Shown piece by piece: positions 57,595-64,000 of a stretch of 64,000 nucleotides of DNA (positions are counted from its first letter, which is position 1; each line of letters begins with the position of its first letter). The position numbers and the translations under genes are program-made. Source of the stretch: Candidatus Kerfeldbacteria bacterium (lineage in GTDB: Bacteria; Patescibacteriota; Patescibacteriia; UBA9570); NCBI GenBank assembly GCA_016182495.1, contig JACPGK010000032.1, positions 23,917-87,916 of the forward strand. The letters run 5' to 3'. A model generated the notes under the pieces. It had not been told where the DNA came from. It saw only the letters and a list, made by a program, of their open reading frames with translations, and did not search any database.

Positions 57595-59292
57595 TTACCA
57601 CGACCCGCCGCCACCGCCGCCAAAACCGCCACCGGAAGAACCACCGCTAGTTGAAGCCGATTTGGCTGAAGCCGCCTGCAAACCGCTGGTCATACTGTTG
57701 GTAAAAGTAGAAAAATTACTGACAAACTGACTGGCTACAAAATACCCTCCGGCTGTACCAATATACCAATCGGGCGCTGGAATATTGATATCTTTAAATT
57801 GCTCGGCCCATTGTTGTTCTACTCCCAGGGCAACGGCGTACGGTAAATATTCCATAAATTGGGTTGGTTTTTTGGCGGGAGCATTATGAAATGTAAAGCG
57901 CGCTTGATCGGTTACTCGCAAAAACCATTTAAAACCAACCACGTCATCTTTCGTTTCAGCGCCCAATTTAGTTTTACGAGCCATCAACCAACCAAATATC
58001 ACAATCACTGCGCCGGTGACAAAATTCATAGCCAGGCTGATGCCAGTACGATACTGCTCAACACTTAACACTAAAATACCGGTTACTGCCACGGCTAAAA
58101 AGATAAAGATAACTCGAACAATGGTTGGATTATGCTTATACAAACCACGTTTGACTAACTCTCCATAAATATCCGAGCGCAGAGCTTGTAACTTTTTACC
58201 ACGTTGAAGATCGTTACGAATCGTTTTTAAAGTAACCGAGGTTTCACTTTGAAAAATTAATTCGGCGATGCGTTGTTCGATCGTTTCTGTAATCGAATTT
58301 AATGGTTTACGCAGTGTTAAGCGGTAATCCGGTTTTTTTAGTATGCCACCTGCTGATAACTGTTCAATGGTGATAAAGCCTTGCTGGGCTAACCATAAAA
58401 TTCCAGCCGTAATATCACGGTTGTGAACGTGTTCATCAATCAAAGTGCCCACCAGTGTTGGTTTCAGTTGGGCTGGCGGTTCGTACTGCGGCACAATAGT
58501 AGGTCGACCTTTGGGATCTTTACCAAACAATAACCATACCAACGCCATAACTACAGTAACACTACCAAAAACAATTATGCCCCAATAACGCCACCACCAT
58601 AGCCGAGCCTGCAGCCAAACACCTGGCTCGCTAACAATATTTTTTGGCCAACCAACGGCAATAGTTAAACCATCTGCCACCAGTAAATCATCAACCTGCG
58701 CTGTGATTCGGCCATCACGTACTGTAATCGGACAGGTGTTAGTGCCTTCTACTGGGCCAACGTAACAAGCCAATCGGAGATCGTTATCAGATACTGTACC
58801 TGGTAATCGCACCATGGCTTCAGCATGATCGATTACTACCGTCCATTCATTGCCGGTAATATTCCAATACAATTCGTCAAGATCATTAAAATAATTGATC
58901 GCTCCTTCCACGCGGTAACGAATACGATACGTATGTTTACCGTCAATAGTGCTATCAGGGTCCCCTATTTTGATTTGGCGATAGCGACCAACACTGCTCA
59001 CTGTATATGGTTCCAGTTGATCATCACGGAGCACACTATCTACTGTCAGCCACAACCATCGGGTATCGCCGGTATCCGTATCATAGCGTACGGGGATATT
59101 GCGAAAAATGCCATGACGATACGCATAGCCAAAATCGTAGGTGATTGATTCTTCAATAAACACCGTGGCATCTGGTTGAATATCGATGCGGACGATAAAA
59201 TTATCAATTGATTCAGCCTGAACCGTGCCAACCCAGGCAATGTTTGCTGCCAGCACCACCACACCAATAATTAACCGCCACCAAGTATACAT
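57595..59292 (-). CDS. DUF2207-family membrane protein with a Gly-rich C-terminus
   Basis: Signal peptide or TM segment, a large ectodomain, TM helices, and the tail SGGSSGGGFGGGGGGSW. Confidence 0.65.
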   Translation of the reverse strand: MYTWWRLIIGVVVLAANIAWVGTVQAESIDNFIVRIDIQPDATVFIEESITYDFGYAYRHGIFRNIPVRYDTDTGDTRWLWLTVDSVLRDDQLEPYTVSSVGRYRQIKIGDPDSTIDGKHTYRIRYRVEGAINYFNDLDELYWNITGNEWTVVIDHAEAMVRLPGTVSDNDLRLACYVGPVEGTNTCPITVRDGRITAQVDDLLVADGLTIAVGWPKNIVSEPGVWLQARLWWWRYWGIIVFGSVTVVMALVWLLFGKDPKGRPTIVPQYEPPAQLKPTLVGTLIDEHVHNRDITAGILWLAQQGFITIEQLSAGGILKKPDYRLTLRKPLNSITETIEQRIAELIFQSETSVTLKTIRNDLQRGKKLQALRSDIYGELVKRGLYKHNPTIVRVIFIFLAVAVTGILVLSVEQYRTGISLAMNFVTGAVIVIFGWLMARKTKLGAETKDDVVGFKWFLRVTDQARFTFHNAPAKKPTQFMEYLPYAVALGVEQQWAEQFKDINIPAPDWYIGTAGGYFVASQFVSNFSTFTNSMTSGLQAASAKSASTSGGSSGGGFGGGGGGSW

Positions 59293-59302
59293 AGTTGTCA
59301 GT

Positions 59303-60583
59303 TTAGCAGATACCTTGGCGTTGTGTTAAGTATTGTTTAGCTTCGGCTGCTAAATATAGCCCTCCTAAAATCAAAATGACTGTTGTTGTATTGGCTAGTT
59401 GTTCGGCTTGAACAATAGCTTGAGCCACGCCAGCTGGCTGCGATATTGTTTGTCGAGCACTAGAAGGTAAGTGCGTTACATACTGAAACAACTGATCAAC
59501 TGGCACAGCTTTATACTGGGCTTGCGTAATAATAAGCTCATCAGCCAGTGGGCAAATAATATCAGCCATGGCTTGATATGGTTTATCGTACGAGCAACCA
59601 AAAATGATAATTTTTTTATAGTGCGGTAACACTGTCGATACCAACCGACTAACTGCTTGCAAGCCAGCTGGATTATGTCCAACATCCGCTATTAATAGCG
59701 GGTTAGCTTGCAGCACTTCAAAACGTAACGGCCAGCGTACCGTGGCTAAACCATCATATAAGGCAGCGTCGGAAATATCCCAGCCACGCTGGCGTAGGGC
59801 TGCTATGGCTGCAATTACTCCGGCGGCATTGGTTAATTGATGTTCTCCCAGTAATGAAAGCTTGATGGCTGAATAATGTTGGTACGAAAATTCTTGCCCA
59901 GTCATAGTAACAGGCCCGGCTATAGTATCGCTGGGCTGAACTACTATCAGCTGGGCGTGTTGCTTGGCAGCGCTAGTTTCGAAAACCTCTATCATTGCTG
60001 GATCGCGCTCGGTAGTAATACAAATACTATTTGATTTGATAATACCGGCTTTCTCCTGGGCAATAGCCGCTTTAGTTTTGCCTAAAATTTCAGTATGATC
60101 TAAATCGACATTGGTAATCACCGATACAGCGCTAGTAATAATATTGGTGGGATCGTATCGGCCACCGATGCCAACTTCAACCACTACTGTATCAACCTGC
60201 TGATCAACATAATATTGCAGAGCCATGGCCCAGAGCACTTCAAAAATACATGGTTGAACTGCCTGTACTAACGGCTGGAAGTGTTCAAAATATGCTAAAA
60301 AATCAGCCTCACTAATATCGATCCCATTGATTTTAATACGCTCGTTATAGTGCAACAAATGAGGCGAGGTAAATAATCCAGTACGATAGCCAGCCTGTTG
60401 CAATACCCTGGCCAGCATAGCGCAGGTGGAACCTTTACCATTAGTACCGGTAACATGAACAAATCGTAACGCTTGATAATTACAGCCACTAGCAGCCAGT
60501 AATTGTTCAATCCGCTGCAACCCAGCCGTAGCCGGATAGCGTGGTAATGTATGTAAATACTGCAGCACTGCCTGATAGGTCAT
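59303..60583 (-). CDS. folC: Folylpolyglutamate synthase / dihydrofolate synthase
   Basis: Mur-ligase P-loop HVTGTNGKGST. Confidence 0.85.
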   Translation of the reverse strand: MTYQAVLQYLHTLPRYPATAGLQRIEQLLAASGCNYQALRFVHVTGTNGKGSTCAMLARVLQQAGYRTGLFTSPHLLHYNERIKINGIDISEADFLAYFEHFQPLVQAVQPCIFEVLWAMALQYYVDQQVDTVVVEVGIGGRYDPTNIITSAVSVITNVDLDHTEILGKTKAAIAQEKAGIIKSNSICITTERDPAMIEVFETSAAKQHAQLIVVQPSDTIAGPVTMTGQEFSYQHYSAIKLSLLGEHQLTNAAGVIAAIAALRQRGWDISDAALYDGLATVRWPLRFEVLQANPLLIADVGHNPAGLQAVSRLVSTVLPHYKKIIIFGCSYDKPYQAMADIICPLADELIITQAQYKAVPVDQLFQYVTHLPSSARQTISQPAGVAQAIVQAEQLANTTTVILILGGLYLAAEAKQYLTQRQGIC

Positions 60584-60592
60584 GCGGTTTCA

Positions 60593-60985
60593 TTATTGGT
60601 GGGATAATTTTGGTTTCACTTTAAGCACGTAAACCAAAGTGTTGGTGATCAAACTAATCACGATCACTAAAATAATATACGTACTCACTACCGATAGAGC
60701 AAAGCTTTGTTCCCAGCCAACTGCTACATAAATATCTCTGGCTTGAACCAACACGGTTACTACAGCGAAACAGAGCCATAACCAAATACTCTGCCAAAAT
60801 TGGCCGGGTTGGCGATGACGCATACTATATTTAGCACCCAACACAAACAATACCAGTGGTGGAATCACTACGTAGGCCGCCATCGCTATAACTATAGCCA
60901 GATACCAATCGGTATAGCGCAATCCAGCAAATACTCCAGCACACACTAGAGTTACGATTGTCAGAATAATGAGGTAACGTTTCAT
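60593..60985 (-). CDS. Hypothetical 4-TM membrane protein
   Basis: Hydrophobic ORF. Confidence 0.35.
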   Translation of the reverse strand: MKRYLIILTIVTLVCAGVFAGLRYTDWYLAIVIAMAAYVVIPPLVLFVLGAKYSMRHRQPGQFWQSIWLWLCFAVVTVLVQARDIYVAVGWEQSFALSVVSTYIILVIVISLITNTLVYVLKVKPKLSHQ

Positions 60986-61005
60986 GGTATAGTACTATTA
61001 TAATC

Positions 61006-62610
61006 ATGAAACTGACCGCAGAGCAACAACAGGTAGTTAAAACCATTACTGGACCAGTGTTAGTGGTGGCTGGTCCGGGCAGCGGTAAAACTGCTACTGT
61101 GGTGGCTCGAGTACACTATCTGGTACAACAGCATCAGGTAAAGCCAGTCCATATTTTGGTTATTAGCTTTACAAATAAATCAGCAGCCGAAATTAAACAC
61201 CGGTTGGCTGATGTTCACCCGTGGGTAGGTACGTTTCATGCTTTAGCTTGGCAAATTTTACACACTACCAAGCATCTACTGCTGGAACATGAACAACGTA
61301 TCATCGTGGCGCAACTCATACAACAAAACCCTGTCTGGAATATATCAATGCGTACTGCCTTACAAACCCTAACCCGAGAACGAGCCGATCGCTCTAGAAC
61401 ACCGTCGGCCTTAACTAAGGCGTATCAAGCAGTATTAGCTGAACAATCTGCCATTGATTTTGATGAAGTGTTATTGCAAGCAGTGGCGTTATTAGAACAC
61501 AATGCTGATCTGCGGCAACACTATCAAACACTGTGGCAGTATGTAATGGTTGATGAAATGCAAGATACCAATCCCATTCAAAATGAATTACTGGGGTTGT
61601 TCATCAATCAGTCGGCTAATCTGTGCGTGATTGGTGATCCTGATCAAGCTATTTATGGTTTCCGCGGTGCTACCATTGATCATCTATTAAATTTCAGTAA
61701 GCAGTACCCGGCTAGTCAGCAACTAACCTTATCAAACAATTATCGCTCCAGTGCTACCATTGTCCAGGCGGCTGCTGGTTTGATTGCACATAATCAAGAT
61801 CGTTTTATACAGCACAGTAAAGCCATTCAACCTGCTGGATCACTGATTACCGTCATTCAACCAGCTGCTATTACCGCTACTATTGAGCAACTGATTGGTG
61901 GATCATCGCACCAACAAATTGATCAACATCATCAATTAGGCAACGTCGACCAATCGTATAGCTTTGGTGATATGGCTATTATTGTTCGCTTTAATTATTT
62001 GGGGCGTCAATTGCAAAAAAAGTTGACGGCCGCCGGTTTGCCCCATCAACTGGTGGGTGAGACTAATTTTTTTGAACGATTAGAAATTCGTACGATCCTG
62101 GAGGTACTAGAAAAAAATATTATTACTGATAGTTCCCTATCACAGCAATTACAACAATGCGTTACAGCTGAACAAGCTCATTACAGCATCGTTCAGCAGC
62201 AACGGCTGGAACAACTACTGACTCTAGCCATGAGTTATAATGATCTACCAGCGGATGTGGCCTATCAACAATTGCACGATCAAGCTGCCTTGAGTCGCAA
62301 CGAAGATTACTGGAATCAGCAGCGAGATGTCATTACTATTATCACCGCTCATGCCGCTAAAGGTTTAGAGTGGCCAGTAGTGTTTATTGCTGGAGTAGAA
62401 GCAGGGGTGTTTCCGGCTGAACCAACTGAAGCAGAACGCCGGTTATTTTATGTAGCCATGACTCGAGCTCAACAGCAACTCTATCTGGTGAGTAAGGCTG
62501 ATAGGCCATCTATTTTTTTATCCGAATTGCCCGATGCCTGTCTGCAGCATCAATTAGATCAGGGATCAAAAAAAACTAAACCGACCAAGCCTCAATTACG
62601 TTTATTGTAG
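61006..62610 (+). CDS. Short UvrD/PcrA/Rep-family superfamily-1 DNA helicase
   Basis: AGPGSGKTAT (motif I), VDEMQDTN (motif II), GDPDQAIYGFRGA, and ITAHAAKGLEWPVVF (motif VI). Confidence 0.8.
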   Translation: MKLTAEQQQVVKTITGPVLVVAGPGSGKTATVVARVHYLVQQHQVKPVHILVISFTNKSAAEIKHRLADVHPWVGTFHALAWQILHTTKHLLLEHEQRIIVAQLIQQNPVWNISMRTALQTLTRERADRSRTPSALTKAYQAVLAEQSAIDFDEVLLQAVALLEHNADLRQHYQTLWQYVMVDEMQDTNPIQNELLGLFINQSANLCVIGDPDQAIYGFRGATIDHLLNFSKQYPASQQLTLSNNYRSSATIVQAAAGLIAHNQDRFIQHSKAIQPAGSLITVIQPAAITATIEQLIGGSSHQQIDQHHQLGNVDQSYSFGDMAIIVRFNYLGRQLQKKLTAAGLPHQLVGETNFFERLEIRTILEVLEKNIITDSSLSQQLQQCVTAEQAHYSIVQQQRLEQLLTLAMSYNDLPADVAYQQLHDQAALSRNEDYWNQQRDVITIITAHAAKGLEWPVVFIAGVEAGVFPAEPTEAERRLFYVAMTRAQQQLYLVSKADRPSIFLSELPDACLQHQLDQGSKKTKPTKPQLRLL

Positions 62611-62613
62611 AAT

Positions 62614-63924
62614 TTAAAATAGAGAGCGTTGTTGAGCTGTGTTTAAGGCGGCTCGTTCTTCAGCAGTAAACACTGTAATCACACCATATTCACCATCGTA
62701 ACCGCCTTGACGATGTACCTGGCCAGCTCGCATTCGTTTAATGGCTTCCGCCAGTATCGGCGTACTGTGGGCAGCGATTTGTGCAAGTGGAATGGTTAAT
62801 AAAATACTAAACTCGTTACCCAGGGCGGCTAATAAACGATGATGTTCTGCCACCACTCGCTTACTACTGGGTGAAACAGTAAAAATTTCAGCAATAATTT
62901 CTGGTAGTGGAATAATACTAGTGAATGGACGGGCTAGGTTTGGTTTGGCGCCAATTGGTCGATCGGCTAAAGCTTGTACCCGATTAAGCACCCCAATGGT
63001 GAGTGGTTGACCACACCGTGGACACAGCCCTTGATGCTGCTGGCTTTGGGTGGGTTCAAGTTTTACTTGGCAAGTACGATGACCATCTAAATGGTATTTA
63101 CCTTCCTCGGGAAAAAATTCAATGGTTGACTCGAAACCAGTTGGATCGTTGGTTCGTAGCGCCGTAATAATACCAGCATAACTCAATTCGGTATCAAAAA
63201 CATTAGCTTCGCGCCCCAACTTACCAGGTGAATGGGCATCGGAATTTGATACTAAAGCAATGTTATCTAATTGAGATAATCGCCAATTCATGGCTGGATC
63301 GGAGGATAAACCAGTTTCAATGGCGTAAATATGTTTGGTTAAATCATCAAAGGCTTCGGTGAGTGTGTCGAAGCCTGATTTAGAACCAAACACTGAAAAA
63401 TGGGGTGTCCAAGCATGCGCTGGAATCAGCATGGCTTGATCATCGGCCATCAACACGATTTTCAATAGCTCCTTAGCATCTAAGCCTAAAATGGGCCGGC
63501 CGTCGGCGGTAAGGTTACCAATGGTTTGCAGCGCGGTATTAATTTTAGCAGCAGCTGTAAAACTAGGCGCCAGTACCAAGCAATGCATTTTACGAACTCG
63601 GTCATTCTTTTTATAAATACAACTGATTTCGACCGTCAGTAAAAACCGCATAGTTTGGCGACAACTAGGTGGCACGGCTAATTGCGTAGTTTGATCGTAA
63701 ATGGATTTCAGACGAAACAAGCCTGGTTCGGCCGGCTCTAATTTTTCTTGCATCTCTTTAAACCAACGGGGATGTGTAAAATCGCCGGTACCCATCACGG
63801 CAATGCCTTTTAACTGGCCCCACTGGTTCAGACTAACAATATTCATGTTTTTTGAAGTGGCTCGAGAATAGTGCGAATGAATATGGAAATCGGCAATAAA
63901 CTGTTGACGAGCAAGTTGTATCAT
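62614..63924 (-). CDS. PHP-domain nuclease, endonuclease Q-like (TIGR00375-type)
   Basis: N-terminal DFHIHSHYS PHP motif and a Cys cluster HRTC...CPRC. Confidence 0.5.
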   Translation of the reverse strand: MIQLARQQFIADFHIHSHYSRATSKNMNIVSLNQWGQLKGIAVMGTGDFTHPRWFKEMQEKLEPAEPGLFRLKSIYDQTTQLAVPPSCRQTMRFLLTVEISCIYKKNDRVRKMHCLVLAPSFTAAAKINTALQTIGNLTADGRPILGLDAKELLKIVLMADDQAMLIPAHAWTPHFSVFGSKSGFDTLTEAFDDLTKHIYAIETGLSSDPAMNWRLSQLDNIALVSNSDAHSPGKLGREANVFDTELSYAGIITALRTNDPTGFESTIEFFPEEGKYHLDGHRTCQVKLEPTQSQQHQGLCPRCGQPLTIGVLNRVQALADRPIGAKPNLARPFTSIIPLPEIIAEIFTVSPSSKRVVAEHHRLLAALGNEFSILLTIPLAQIAAHSTPILAEAIKRMRAGQVHRQGGYDGEYGVITVFTAEERAALNTAQQRSLF

Positions 63925-64000
63925 ACTTTGGGTATACCATATTATAAAAACGAAGTATACTAATGCTACGTAATATATTTAATAAGCCATAAAAAATAAT

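Noticed and set aside
1-64000. CRISPR arrays, rRNA genes, integrase- or att-bounded prophage or integrative element
   Set aside because: No direct-repeat/spacer periodicity, no rRNA-like conserved blocks, and no integrase or recombinase besides the RAYT were seen on reading both strands.

Overview
This is a 64 kb, moderately AT-rich bacterial chromosomal window (roughly 40-45% GC judged by eye). Gene content and organisation look like a monoderm, small-genome bacterium of Patescibacteria/Saccharibacteria type, but that is an inference. The window is densely packed with short-leader, frequently overlapping genes. Read 5' to 3' on the + strand it contains the following. (1) A truncated rsmB-like gene, a RAYT/IS200-like HuH transposase carrying an internal 29-nt perfect palindrome, typA/bipA and an Nramp-related transporter. 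(2) An ftsE-ftsX unit co-transcribed with an RlpA-like DPBB protein and an orphan response regulator. (3) tRNA-Thr(CGU), a PrsA-like parvulin, an FtsB-like protein and mraY. (4) A complete plus-strand type IV pilus block (pilB, pilC, three pilin-like genes including two very large ones, pilM, pilN, pilO) with no secretin, pilT or prepilin peptidase in the window. (5) A 26-kb run of minus-strand genes: argS, a GT4 glycosyltransferase, pgeF, a small acidic ORF, a 2,846-aa membrane-anchored giant protein abutting ileS, then recO, a DUF11-like surface protein, tgt, a phosphodiester-glycosidase lipoprotein, three tiny membrane proteins, an unusual zinc-ribbon and transmembrane Clp/Hsp100 ATPase, a SAM methyltransferase and clpB. 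(6) A truncated DUF4143 ATPase, smpB, a tmRNA (ssrA) with a predicted long tag, infC with a non-AUG start, rpmI, rplT and rsmG. (7) rarA, a GC-rich (probably horizontally acquired) alpha/beta-hydrolase gene, an alpha-glucan phosphorylase, trmB, a JAB-like protein, DUF2207, folC, a short UvrD-type helicase and an EndoQ-like PHP nuclease. No CRISPR array, rRNA or integrase-bounded island was seen. The most unusual elements are the giant-protein operon and the membrane-anchored Clp-like unfoldase cluster.
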